Below are positions 32,136 through 41,998 of a DNA stretch of 64,000 nt, piece by piece (the stretch's first letter is position 1; each line of letters opens with the position of its first letter). This DNA comes from Candidatus Cloacimonadales bacterium (GTDB lineage: Bacteria > Cloacimonadota > Cloacimonadia > Cloacimonadales > DAONDQ01), in contig OY759316.1 of NCBI GenBank assembly GCA_963662275.1, positions 1,376,001 to 1,440,000 of the forward strand, read 5' to 3'. The position numbers and the translations under genes are program-made. Below the pieces are notes generated by a model, which searched no databases, had not been told where the DNA came from, and saw nothing but the letters and a program-made list of their open reading frames with translations.

Positions 32136-32915
32136 ATGAATATCAGGGATTTAACGGAAGCAGATTTGTCGAAGTATTTTTGTTGTTTGGAGGATTACGC
32201 TGACATCCTGGAGAAGGGAAAGGCGTATAAGCAGCGGTGGTATGATCAGATGAAAGACAAAGGGCTGAGAGTTAAGCTGGCGATCGATGATGATGGTACA
32301 ACTGCCGGAATGATCCAATATATGCCGGTTGAACATACACATATCACTGGCAAGGACATGTATTTCATTTACTGTATCTGGGTACATGGACATAAAATGG
32401 GTATAGGGAATCGGCAGAAAAGAGGATTGGGAAAAGCCCTGCTGACGGCTGCGGAAGAAGATGCCAAAGCACTGGGATCAAAAGGCATCATCGCCTGGGG
32501 TATGAAGATTCCTGTGTGGATGAAGGTTGCCTGGTTTCGCAAGCAAGGCTTCAAAACTACTGATTCACAAGGCATTATGGCACTTGTTTATAAATCCTTT
32601 GCACCTGGTACACAGAAGCCTTCCTTTCCAAAACCGAAGAAGAAGCCAGTTTCCTCCAATGAGAAGGTCATCCTCACAGATTTCGTCAACGGGTGGTGTC
32701 CGTTTACCAATGTCACTCACTTCAATGCCGAGAAGATTACTTCAGAACTCAAGGATAAAGTGGAACTCATTACCTTGGATACCACGGATAAAGCCGTCCT
32801 TGATGAATGGGGAATAGGTGAAGGGCTGTTCATCAATGGTAAAGAAGTTAGGAGCGCTCCTCCGCTGTCATATGAAAAGTTGAAGAAGAAAGTGGAGAAG
32901 AGAATTAAAAATTAA
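32136..32915 (+). CDS. GNAT family N-acetyltransferase with a thioredoxin-like C-terminal domain
   Basis: IYCIWV, QKRGLGKALL (acetyl-CoA loop), WFRKQGF; C-terminal GWCP..GLFINGKE. Confidence 0.85.
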   Translation: MNIRDLTEADLSKYFCCLEDYADILEKGKAYKQRWYDQMKDKGLRVKLAIDDDGTTAGMIQYMPVEHTHITGKDMYFIYCIWVHGHKMGIGNRQKRGLGKALLTAAEEDAKALGSKGIIAWGMKIPVWMKVAWFRKQGFKTTDSQGIMALVYKSFAPGTQKPSFPKPKKKPVSSNEKVILTDFVNGWCPFTNVTHFNAEKITSELKDKVELITLDTTDKAVLDEWGIGEGLFINGKEVRSAPPLSYEKLKKKVEKRIKN

Positions 32916-32990
32916 AAGATAAAAATTAAAAATTGGCAGGATCGGAACGCCTCACCCCGTGAGGTGGCATAACGCACCCCGTGCGTTTTT
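32903..32990 (+). repeat. AATTAAA heptamer array plus a double-hairpin REP-like unit
   Basis: The heptamers encode the last codons and TAA of the GNAT; the unit matches 2566-2610 and 31755-31800. Confidence 0.85.
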
Positions 32991-33080
32991 TTACTAATAC
33001 AATATTCAGTGGTATTCGTGTGATCATTTCCAATGGTTTGCACCTTGGCTTTTTGTTAGATGAAAAGCGAGATTCATGTT

Positions 33081-33324
33081 CAGCAGGAACGGCATCCTAC
33101 TCTACGAAAAAGACAGTAGGATCGGCATCCTACTCTACGAAAAAGACAGTAGGATCGGCATCCTACTCCACAAAGTAAGACAGCAGGAACGGCATCCTAC
33201 TCTACGAAAAAGACAGTAGGATCGGCATCCTACTCCACAAAGTAAGACAGCAGGAACGGCATCCTACTCTACGAAAAAGACAGTAGGATCGGCATCCTAC
33301 TCCACAAAGTAAGACAGCAGGAAT
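33081..33324. repeat. Tandem array of seven 33-34-bp REP-like units plus a partial eighth
   Basis: cag[c/t]agga[a/t]cggcatcctact[ct/cc]ac + gaaaaaga or aaagtaaga; on the minus strand GT[A/G]G followed by the hairpin AGTAGGAT-GCCG-ATCCTACT. Confidence 0.95.
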
Positions 33325-33401
33325 AGCGAATATAGAACCTGATCAACTACTTATCAGCTCCTTCCAAAACAACTGGTCTGTCCATGTAGTTTACAAAATA
33401 C

Positions 33402-33429
33402 TTGACGGACTTACGGTGTAAGGTAGCGT
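33402..33429 (+). promoter_or_regulatory. Sigma70-like promoter overlapped by the palindrome CTTAC-GGT-GTAAG (probable TetR operator)
   Basis: TTGACG...TAGCGT with the palindrome at 33410-33422; a TetR gene lies two ORFs downstream. Confidence 0.55.
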
Positions 33430-33450
33430 GTCTCCAAGAAGGAGGAAAAC

Positions 33451-34101
33451 ATGAAAAAGCTACTATTAATACTTATCTTTAGTGTTATGGTGATTGCAAA
33501 TGCATTCAGCCAAATTCAAAATCAAACCAATAAAACTTCTGCAGAAGATTCTGTACAAAAGTACAAATATTCAATCAGCACTACATATTTAGCATTCTTC
33601 AATTTTGGAGAGGAAAAAACAAATACGCATCACTACGAGCTGCACGTTGGATACAGACTTACTCCTAAGGATAAGATCGGTATCAAAGTAGCAACGTGGA
33701 AAATGTTCGCCCCAATGGGCATGCCTATGCAAGAGCAACTTAAATACGACGAAAGTAATTTCTATCCTGGAAGGCTTAGAGAAAGTGGTATAGGAGTTAC
33801 GTATCAGCGCATGCTTTGGAAGGGTTTATTTGTATCAACAGAAATACTGCCACAATTAAAGACCTACCTGGACGAGAATAATAATAAACTTAATAATGGC
33901 TTTAAGTTATATACTTCGTATCATCTCGGGTATCATCTTTCATTTTTCAAAGACAGAGCTTATATCGAACCTCAAATTCATTGCCAATATTGGCCTATCA
34001 ACACAAATGTACATCAAGCCTTCAAGGAGAAAGACGATCAATGGAATAACTACTTCCTCTTTGAACCTAATTTATATCTCGGGGTTAATTTTGAGTATTG
34101 A
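33451..34101 (+). CDS. Secreted hypothetical protein, probable outer-membrane beta-barrel
   Basis: AGGAGG RBS, signal peptide, amphipathic strands, C-terminal LYLGVNF. Confidence 0.7.
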   Translation: MKKLLLILIFSVMVIANAFSQIQNQTNKTSAEDSVQKYKYSISTTYLAFFNFGEEKTNTHHYELHVGYRLTPKDKIGIKVATWKMFAPMGMPMQEQLKYDESNFYPGRLRESGIGVTYQRMLWKGLFVSTEILPQLKTYLDENNNKLNNGFKLYTSYHLGYHLSFFKDRAYIEPQIHCQYWPINTNVHQAFKEKDDQWNNYFLFEPNLYLGVNFEY

Positions 34102-34227
34102 TCTATCAACGATGATCGGCAAGGTAACATGGAATAACTTGTTATAGTTGAACGTTCAGTTCTTCTTTTTCCGAATCATCAATCATGAGGCATGCAACTT
34201 CAACACGATGAAAAGGAGTTTTTTGAT

Positions 34228-34896
34228 ATGGAAAAACGACCAGCACTCACAAAAGATCAAATCATTTCAAAAGCAATTGAAATGGCTGACAAAGGCGGCA
34301 TTAATGCTTTGTCAATGAGGAAATTAGCTGGCGAACTGAATATTCAGGCGATGTCTCTTTATTATTATTTCAAAACAAAAGATGAACTCATTGCTCATAT
34401 GGCTGACAAATTGGTTACTAATATTGACTTTGGAGAATATAGTGATAATATCACGAATGATTGGCGTACAATTATGAAAACCAGGGCAACCTCGGCAAAG
34501 GCTTTGTTCCTGGAGCATTCATGGTTGCCTTTTGTGTTGGATTCACAGATTCAAAGTGGTATTAAGCGACTAGAATACTTAAATAATTATATTGGAATTC
34601 TTCGTAATGCGGGATTTCCAATCGATCTTTCTTTAAGAGTAACTTCACTTATTGACAGTTACATTTATGGGTATTGTCGGCAATTAACTCATGTTTCTGA
34701 CAGTGAAAAATCGCCGGAAGAATTGGCAGAGGATTTTTCAAACAACTTTGTTTCTTCCGAGTTTCCCTTTCTACATGAAGCCACATCATTAGTAATGGAA
34801 CATGGATTCGATGAGAATACTGATTTCCTATTCGGTTTAAATGTAATTTTAAATGGTATAAGTTTGGAATTAGAGAATTTAGCGTCTTGCCAATAA
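34228..34896 (+). CDS. TetR family regulator (TetR C-terminal domain class)
   Basis: LSMRKLAGELNIQAMSLYYYFKTKDEL HTH; FLFGLNVILNG C-terminus; start after AAGGAG. Confidence 0.92.
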   Translation: MEKRPALTKDQIISKAIEMADKGGINALSMRKLAGELNIQAMSLYYYFKTKDELIAHMADKLVTNIDFGEYSDNITNDWRTIMKTRATSAKALFLEHSWLPFVLDSQIQSGIKRLEYLNNYIGILRNAGFPIDLSLRVTSLIDSYIYGYCRQLTHVSDSEKSPEELAEDFSNNFVSSEFPFLHEATSLVMEHGFDENTDFLFGLNVILNGISLELENLASCQ

Positions 34897-34963
34897 TAAT
34901 CGGGATAGCAAATTCCGATTTGCCACCTCATGCTGACTTGGAAGAATTAGCTGATAGGAGCGG

Positions 34964-35096
34964 ACAGTAGGATCGGCATCCTACTCCACATACCATAAGA
35001 TCGGAATCTTATGCCACGACAACTCCACAGATCATAAGATCGGAATCTTATGCCACGACAACTCCACAAATCATAAGATTGGAATCTTATGTCACG
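34964..35096. repeat. REP-like mosaic: one AGTAGGAT unit and three CATAAGATCGGAATCTTATG hairpins
   Basis: Direct inspection; the minus strand reads GTGG + hairpin for most units. Confidence 0.85.
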
Positions 35097-35209
35097 CAGA
35101 GAATCAAGAATCACATTTATTTCCTCTATAAGCAATAATATGTATATCACATTTAAAGCAGAAACAATCTACATTTTAGTGTATGACTATAAAACTATAA
35201 AATAACTTC

Positions 35210-35241
35210 TTGACAATATAGTGACCATTAGTCAGTATGTT
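35210..35241 (+). promoter_or_regulatory. Promoter with a TGAC-N5-GTCA palindrome (probable TetR operator)
   Basis: TTGACA at 35210; TGACCATTAGTCA at 35222-35234, upstream of the tetR-efflux operon. Confidence 0.55.
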
Positions 35242-35294
35242 CACGAAAGTAAACTGACAATACTTATCTTATTAATAAATATGGAGGTTACTAA

Positions 35295-36008
35295 ATGGGA
35301 ACAGCCGAGAGAAAGCAAAGAGAAAGAGAACTTCGCAAGAAGCAGATACTGAAAGCTGCTGAAAAAATCATCACAAGAAAGGGTATGCAGAATACCACTA
35401 TGGACGAGATCGCGGAGAGCTGCGAGTTGAGTAAAGGAACTCTATATTTGTATTTTCGAAATAGGGAAGAATTGATATTTTCTTTACTGATCATGACATT
35501 AGATAATTTCATTAAAATCATGGAAAGCAACCTCAAAAAGCAGGATTCCTTCCAGTCCAGGTTTGTCTGTATCGGTGAATCCTACCTGGAGTTCTATCAT
35601 AAATATCCCTATCAGTTCAAGATTATGAATCATTCACCTGAACAGCATCCTGAGATTGAACATCCCTCACGTGAATTGGAATCCGAGCTTATGGCAAGCA
35701 GTGCCAAGTTATGGAGCATGGTGGAAGGAGTTATCCAGGAAGGTATTGATATCGGTTTGATCCGCAAGGATGTGAATCCGCTTGAAGTCGGGATATCCCT
35801 GTGGGCAAGCAGTAACGGTATGATTCAACTGATGGAACATATTAAAGCCGATGCGAAGAATTGCATGGATGCTGAGGGGAATTTCCCGGAAGGCAATCCT
35901 TATTCCGCTATATTCATGGCAATGGACTTCGAACAGATGTTGCGTAACCTGTGGAATGCAGTTAATCAATCAATTTTAGTAAATCCGAACTACAATCGGG
36001 AGGGGTAA
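35295..36008 (+). CDS. TetR/AcrR family regulator
   Basis: TMDEIAESCELSKGTLYLYFRNREEL HTH. Confidence 0.95.
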   Translation: MGTAERKQRERELRKKQILKAAEKIITRKGMQNTTMDEIAESCELSKGTLYLYFRNREELIFSLLIMTLDNFIKIMESNLKKQDSFQSRFVCIGESYLEFYHKYPYQFKIMNHSPEQHPEIEHPSRELESELMASSAKLWSMVEGVIQEGIDIGLIRKDVNPLEVGISLWASSNGMIQLMEHIKADAKNCMDAEGNFPEGNPYSAIFMAMDFEQMLRNLWNAVNQSILVNPNYNREG

Positions 36009-36010
36009 GA

Positions 36011-37369
36011 ATGACAATGAAAGAAAAGATTTGCCGAATCGGAGTTCGGCAACCCAGTTATCTTTTAATGATACTAGTCATTTTAATAAGTATCAGTCCT
36101 ATTTTTGCTGAGTTGAATGACACACATTTGAAAGCTTACCTGGAACTAGGGATTCAGAACAATCTCGATCTGAAGAATATGCGGGATAACCTGAGCAATT
36201 CTCATGCAAAGAAGACCGAAGCTTTTTCCGTTTTCTTGCCCAGTGTTGATTTTTCCTCCCGCTATACGGAAATGAATGAAGGTGTATCCATTCCCATTGG
36301 AACTTACTCCATTCCGATCCAGGCAAAGAAAAGTACAGCCACTAAATTTGAAGCTACGCAAGTATTATTCAATCCTGCTGTGTATTTGGGTTACAAGATG
36401 CAGTCACATTCCACCAAGGGTGATGATTACAGCTACAAATCCAAACTGCATAATACTCAATACAATATCCTGGAAGCTTATTACAACTGCCTGAAGTCTT
36501 CTTCCCTTGTGGAAATCAAGAAATCAGCGCTCGAACTAGCAAAAGAGAACTACAACGTAACTTCCAAGCTCTACCAGGTGGAAAAAGTTCCGCAAACCGA
36601 CGTTCTGCGTGCACAGTTGGGCATGATGACAAGTGAGCAAGATATACGTGATGCAGAGAACATGTACCGGTTGGCAGGCAATTACTTTAATAATCTGTTA
36701 AATAGAGAGATGAACACAGCGATCGAGATGGAAGTGCTTTCACCGGAATACTTATACACGCTGTCACTTTCTTCCGTACTACCTCCAATCGATTCATTGG
36801 ATGTTGCTGTTGGTATGGCTATGCAGCAAAGACCTGAAATCAAACAGGTTGATGAAGGCTTACAGACAGTGAAACTGGCAAAGACGATGACGCTTTCCGG
36901 ATATCTGCCTTCGCTGGTGGGTATCGGTGATTATGGGTGGCAAAGCGATAGTTTCGATTACAACAAGGATTCAGACTATTGGTCGATCACCGGTATGCTC
37001 TCCTGGAATCTCTTTTCAGGTTTCGGAAAGGAATCAAGGGTTCGCCAGGCACATTCTTCCGTAAGGCAGATGCAAAGAACTGTGGAGATCACCAAGCATA
37101 TGATAGAATTGGATGTCCGCAATTCCTACGACAATTATATTCATGATCGTAACCAGTTTGAAGTATCGAAGCAGACCTATAGCATGGCTCTTTCTAATTA
37201 TTCGATGGTTCAGAAGCAGTATCAGAATGACCTGGCACCGATGATCAATCTCCTGGATGCAAAGAATCTTCTGGATGCTTCGAAAATGAGCCTGATTGTT
37301 GGCTACATCAATATTCTAACCTCCAAGGCTAAATACGATATCAGCCTGGGGAATCCAATCATTAAATAA
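36011..37369 (+). CDS. TolC family outer-membrane efflux protein
   Basis: Two OEP repeats (FLPSV / YLPSL, DVLRAQ, LLDA); operon context. Confidence 0.92.
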   Translation: MTMKEKICRIGVRQPSYLLMILVILISISPIFAELNDTHLKAYLELGIQNNLDLKNMRDNLSNSHAKKTEAFSVFLPSVDFSSRYTEMNEGVSIPIGTYSIPIQAKKSTATKFEATQVLFNPAVYLGYKMQSHSTKGDDYSYKSKLHNTQYNILEAYYNCLKSSSLVEIKKSALELAKENYNVTSKLYQVEKVPQTDVLRAQLGMMTSEQDIRDAENMYRLAGNYFNNLLNREMNTAIEMEVLSPEYLYTLSLSSVLPPIDSLDVAVGMAMQQRPEIKQVDEGLQTVKLAKTMTLSGYLPSLVGIGDYGWQSDSFDYNKDSDYWSITGMLSWNLFSGFGKESRVRQAHSSVRQMQRTVEITKHMIELDVRNSYDNYIHDRNQFEVSKQTYSMALSNYSMVQKQYQNDLAPMINLLDAKNLLDASKMSLIVGYINILTSKAKYDISLGNPIIK

Positions 37370-37389
37370 AAGAAGATAGAGGAGAAAAC

Positions 37390-38496
37390 ATGGGACGTAA
37401 GAAAGCTTTAATGTACGTAGTCTTGTTGATTGTGATAGCACTTTTTGTGTTTATCATCGTGTCAGGCAATAAAGCCAAAAAGAGTGAGAAAAAGGATGTT
37501 CTGATTCCGGTCAGTGTGATTACTGCACCAGTCGTGAAAGGTTCCATCCAGGAGTATTTAACATACACAGGAACCTTGGAAGGTAGGGAACAGGCAACTG
37601 TGATGTCTCAGACTTCAGGCGTGGTAGAGAGAGTATCAATGAATCCGGGGCAAGTATGCAAAATAGGACAGGTTCTGGGTACTGTAGAGAACAGCCAGCA
37701 GGAAGCTGGTGTGGAACAGGCAAAGGCGCAGGTCATGGCTGCTGAAACGAATTATGAGAAGGCACAGAAGGACTTAACTCGCATTCAGCAGTTGTATGAT
37801 GATAAGGTGGCTACGAAGGACAATTTAGAAATGACACAGTTGGGAGTGAAATCCTCCTTTGCCCAGTTAAAGGGAGCACAGGCTGGTCTGAAGGTAGCTC
37901 AGAAGCAATTGGATAATACCTATTTGAAAGCAACAATAAACGGCAGGATCGCTACTAAGCTTATCAATGTGGGTCAGACTCTTGGACCTGGTTCACCTAT
38001 TGCCACGCTCGTTGATGACTCAGCGTTCAAACTGAAAGTATTTGTACCTGAGAATAATATCACCAAAGTCAAACTCAAAGACCAGGTGGAAGTCACTGTT
38101 GATGCTATCACAGGAAAGTCATTCAAGGGAACCATTCAATCCGTTAGTATCGCTTTTGAAGGTGAGGGTAATTCTTATCCTGTAGAAATTATAATCCAGA
38201 AGAGTGGCAACCAGGATATCAAGGCTGGTATGTTCGCTCGCAGTACTATCTCGACTTTGAAAAAGGACAATACAATGCTGATTCCTTCTGCTGCTGTAAT
38301 CACAAATGACAATCAAACTTATGTCTATGTTGTGTCTGGAAACAAGGCAGTTAAGAAGCAGATAGAGATAGGTTTGAAGAATAACGAGAATTCCGAAGTA
38401 CTTTCAGGTCTAAAATCTGAAGATAAAGTCATTACCACAGGAAAGGATGCTGTTTCTGATGGTACATTAATTCAGCTTGGAGATAAAAAGTCATGA
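37390..38496 (+). CDS. RND efflux periplasmic adaptor (MFP)
   Basis: N-terminal TM, lipoyl halves, IKAGMF, IPSAAV, EVLSGL. Confidence 0.93.
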   Translation: MGRKKALMYVVLLIVIALFVFIIVSGNKAKKSEKKDVLIPVSVITAPVVKGSIQEYLTYTGTLEGREQATVMSQTSGVVERVSMNPGQVCKIGQVLGTVENSQQEAGVEQAKAQVMAAETNYEKAQKDLTRIQQLYDDKVATKDNLEMTQLGVKSSFAQLKGAQAGLKVAQKQLDNTYLKATINGRIATKLINVGQTLGPGSPIATLVDDSAFKLKVFVPENNITKVKLKDQVEVTVDAITGKSFKGTIQSVSIAFEGEGNSYPVEIIIQKSGNQDIKAGMFARSTISTLKKDNTMLIPSAAVITNDNQTYVYVVSGNKAVKKQIEIGLKNNENSEVLSGLKSEDKVITTGKDAVSDGTLIQLGDKKS

Positions 38497-41400
38497 AATT
38501 AACCGAATTATCAATCAAACGACCGGCGTTCATGACGATGATCTTCGTCGCGCTGGCTGTTTTCGGTATCTACTCATTCTCCAACATGGGAGAAGACCTG
38601 CTGCCCAAGATGGATTTCCCGATGGTATTCGTGGCGACACCATACCCTGGAGCAGGACCTGAGGAGATTGAGACCCAAGTCGGCAAGCCGATTGAAGAGG
38701 CATTATCCTCTATCAACGGCATTAAATCGATAAGAACCTATTGTGCAGAGAACTTCAATTTCTGTATGGTCGAATTCAATATGACAGAGAATGTTGATGT
38801 TGCCCTCAATAATGTGGAACGCCAGGTGAATGCTGTGCAAAATCAATTGCCTGATGGCGTGAAGCCTTCCACCGTGAGCAAGGCGGATGTCGGCTCTTTT
38901 GCCATATTACGTATTGCAACTCAGTCCAACATGCAATCTGAGGCGTTCTACCAATTCATGAAGGATCATGTAAAGCCTCAACTTGAACAGGTGGAAGGTG
39001 TCTCCGGTGTGGAGATTGTCGGTGGAAAGCAGCGAGAGATTCGCGTTGAAGTGGATAATGATAAACTACGTCACTACAACCTAACTTTAGGACAGATCAA
39101 CAACTCCTTGACCCTGGAGAATCTTGATTTTCCAACAGGCTCCATTGAACAAAGAGATCGCAAATTCATCGTGAGAGTAGCAGGTAAATTCAAGATACTG
39201 GAAGAGATCGGGAATCTGATCGTTTCTTCCGGTCCCAATGGTAATGTGTATCTGAAAGATGTGGCTACAATCCTGGATACGGATAAAGAAGAATTCACCT
39301 TTGGCAGACTGAACAATGTGAATAGCATCGGTTTGCTCATCACCAAAGCATCAGATGCGAATGCTGTGAAAACCAGTGATGGTGTGCAGAAAGCCATGAA
39401 GAAAATGGAAGTGCTTTATAAACAGCATAACCTGAAGTTCATCATTGCCCAGGATATCACTGATTTCACAAGAAGAGCTGTGAAGAGCGTCGGAATCGAT
39501 ATGCTGTTTGCCATTCTCATGGTAGCACTGGTACTATTTGTATTTCTTCACAATGCGAAGAATATGTTCATCGTTCTCCTCACCATTCCCATATCACTGG
39601 TGACAACCTTCATCATGATGAAATTAATGGGCTTCACGATCAACCTGATTACGATGATGGCAATGACGCTGGTCATTGGTATCCTGGTGGATGATTCCAT
39701 TGTGGTGTTGGAGAATATTCATCGTAAATTGCAGTTGGGAAGGGATAAAGTGACAGCAGCCATCGAAGGTCGTTCAGAAATCGGCTTGGCTGCCATCGCC
39801 ATTACCCTCGTGGATGTCGTAGTCTTCCTGCCTATTGCCATGCTTTCAGGTATGGTCGGTATGATCTTCCGTGAATTCGGATTGACGATCGTGACAGCAA
39901 CACTGGTATCCCTGTTCGTTTCTTTCACGTTGACGCCTCTGTTGGCTTCCCGCTGGTCAGAAGTGATCACTTGTTCCAAGAATGATTGGTGGTCACGCTT
40001 CACATGTGCTTTCGAAAATTTCGAAGAGAAGATGAAAAACGGATATAGAAGCTTACTGGAATCTTCTTTGAAACATAGGGGACGTGTGGTTTTGGTGGCT
40101 GTTTTTGCTCTTGTTTTGAGCTTTGTACTAGTCGGTATGGGATTCGTCGGTGGTGAGTTCATGCCTGCTATGGATCGTGGTGAATTTGCTGTGAACCTGG
40201 AATTGCCGAAAGGTACAGGTATCATGGATAATGATATGGTCACTAAAAGAGTTGAAAGGATCATTGCAGCTTCCAAAGAAGTGGATACTTACTATACTGT
40301 TGTAGGTAGGAAGGAACAACCTTGGGGTGGATCTAACAGCGCAGATATCAGCCAAATACAGGTGAAGTTGAAACCATTGAAGGATAGAAGACCGACCAAT
40401 GATGTGATCAGTAGTCTGCTTAAGGATATCGGAAAGATACCCGGTGTGAAAGCCAGTGCTGCCTTGATTGGACTGTTCGGTGCTGCAGAAGAATCTTCTT
40501 TAATGCTCGAGTTGAAGGGTGATAACCTGGAACCATTGATCAAAGCATCAGATATGGTTTTAAATGTTGTGAAACAGGTACCCGGTACACGTGATGTAAA
40601 AACAAGCTGGGAAAACGGTCAGCCTGAAGTAAAGGTGCATATTGATAGAGAGAAATGTGCATTCTATCAGACTTCAGTCGGGGAAGTAGGACAAACAGTC
40701 CGTAATGCCTTGCAAGGGGATATTCCTTCCAAGTTCAAAGACGGTCCAACAGAATATGATATCAATGTCATATTGAATAAAAAATACCGGCAGGATGCTG
40801 AGAACGTGAAAAATATCATGATCATGAATCACAAAAATCAACCCATACTGCTTTCCCAAGTTGCCGAAGTTGGTTATGGTATAGGACCCACGGTCATCAG
40901 CAGGAAGGATAGAACACGTGTCATCTCCATCTCCATGAGTGCCACTATTCCTTCAAATGCCATACGCCAGGGGATCGAAAAAGGACTGGCTAAGATAACA
41001 CTGCCCCCAGGCGTCAGTGTGTTCTATGGCGGTGATTTTGAAAGCCAGACAGATATGATGGGAGATATGATGGTTGCCATCGGCTTCGCCTTCCTGTTCG
41101 TTTACATGATCATGGTGAGTTTGTTTGAATCATTCACCTATCCATTCATTATCATGTTTTCCATTCCAGTCGCTCTTGTGGGAGCATTATTTGCCCTTGC
41201 ATTAACTCACCAGACCCTGAATGTTTTCTCAATGATAGGAATCATCATGTCGATGGGCTTGGTAACAAAGAACGCCATATTACTTGTAGATTATACGAAT
41301 ACTCTACGACGTAGGGGAAAGGATATGGTTTCTGCACTATTAGAAGCAGGTCCAATCAGATTGAGACCGATCATTATGACCACCCTAACGATGGTCTTCG

Positions 41401-41618
41401 GTATGATGCCTATTGCTATGTCAGGTGGAGCAGGTGCCGACATGAGAAAGGGTATGGCAATCGTGGTGATAGGTGCTCTGATCTCATCTACATTATTGAC
41501 CCTTGTTCTTGTGCCGACGGTTTATTCCATCGTAGAGAGCATACGCAGACGTTTAGGCATGATCAAGGAAAATGAATTCATGCCGACGGAAGAAGATTTG
41601 AAACAGATGGCGGAGTAG
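38493..41618 (+). CDS. RND efflux permease (AcrB/HAE1 family)
   Basis: SIKRP, GILVDDSIVVLENI, GLVTKNAILLVD, RLRPIIMT. Confidence 0.96.
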   Translation: MKLTELSIKRPAFMTMIFVALAVFGIYSFSNMGEDLLPKMDFPMVFVATPYPGAGPEEIETQVGKPIEEALSSINGIKSIRTYCAENFNFCMVEFNMTENVDVALNNVERQVNAVQNQLPDGVKPSTVSKADVGSFAILRIATQSNMQSEAFYQFMKDHVKPQLEQVEGVSGVEIVGGKQREIRVEVDNDKLRHYNLTLGQINNSLTLENLDFPTGSIEQRDRKFIVRVAGKFKILEEIGNLIVSSGPNGNVYLKDVATILDTDKEEFTFGRLNNVNSIGLLITKASDANAVKTSDGVQKAMKKMEVLYKQHNLKFIIAQDITDFTRRAVKSVGIDMLFAILMVALVLFVFLHNAKNMFIVLLTIPISLVTTFIMMKLMGFTINLITMMAMTLVIGILVDDSIVVLENIHRKLQLGRDKVTAAIEGRSEIGLAAIAITLVDVVVFLPIAMLSGMVGMIFREFGLTIVTATLVSLFVSFTLTPLLASRWSEVITCSKNDWWSRFTCAFENFEEKMKNGYRSLLESSLKHRGRVVLVAVFALVLSFVLVGMGFVGGEFMPAMDRGEFAVNLELPKGTGIMDNDMVTKRVERIIAASKEVDTYYTVVGRKEQPWGGSNSADISQIQVKLKPLKDRRPTNDVISSLLKDIGKIPGVKASAALIGLFGAAEESSLMLELKGDNLEPLIKASDMVLNVVKQVPGTRDVKTSWENGQPEVKVHIDREKCAFYQTSVGEVGQTVRNALQGDIPSKFKDGPTEYDINVILNKKYRQDAENVKNIMIMNHKNQPILLSQVAEVGYGIGPTVISRKDRTRVISISMSATIPSNAIRQGIEKGLAKITLPPGVSVFYGGDFESQTDMMGDMMVAIGFAFLFVYMIMVSLFESFTYPFIIMFSIPVALVGALFALALTHQTLNVFSMIGIIMSMGLVTKNAILLVDYTNTLRRRGKDMVSALLEAGPIRLRPIIMTTLTMVFGMMPIAMSGGAGADMRKGMAIVVIGALISSTLLTLVLVPTVYSIVESIRRRLGMIKENEFMPTEEDLKQMAE

Positions 41619-41756
41619 GCAGAAGCGTACAGCGTACAGGGAACAGCGTACAGGGAACAGCGTACAGGGAACAGCGTACAGGGAACAGCGTACAGGGAAC
41701 AGCGTACAGGGAACAGCGTACAGGGAACAGCGTACAGGTATAGGTATAGGTATAGA
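41619..41756 (+). repeat. GCAGAAG-initiated heptamer array: CGTACAG, (CGTACAG GGAACAG)x7, CGTACAG, then (GTATAG)x3
   Basis: Starts at the first base after the RND stop codon. Confidence 0.95.
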
Positions 41757-41775
41757 TACCTAAGACTCATATAAA

Positions 41776-41811
41776 AAAAGGACTGATTTTCTTATGAGAA
41801 TCAGTCCTTTT
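41776..41811 (+). terminator. Probable bidirectional intrinsic terminator
   Basis: aaaaggactgattttc-ttat-gagaatcagtcctttt. Confidence 0.8.
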
Positions 41812-41998
41812 CTCTTTTGCAGCAGCTTTTAGTTATTAGTCTTTAGTTTTTAGTTTGTTATTCTTTCACTTGATCTTACTTATGAATAGAACTCATTATT
41901 TTTAGCGATTTGGAGAAGATAGTACACTTATTCCTTGACATACAAGTATTACTCTAACTATATTATCCTAAATTTTTGTCTGTATCAATGGAGGTAAT

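Noticed and set aside
33081..33324. CRISPR array
   Set aside because: Linkers are 8-9 nt and repeated rather than unique, the unit is a dispersed REP-like hairpin, and no cas genes are present.
31722..35150. Short ORFs 31722-31946, 31792-32007, 32981-33178 and 34947-35150 (also 2318-2527, 23359-23601, 41522-41770, 61378-61620)
   Set aside because: They are translations of repeat mosaics or structured non-coding DNA, with no recognisable protein features.
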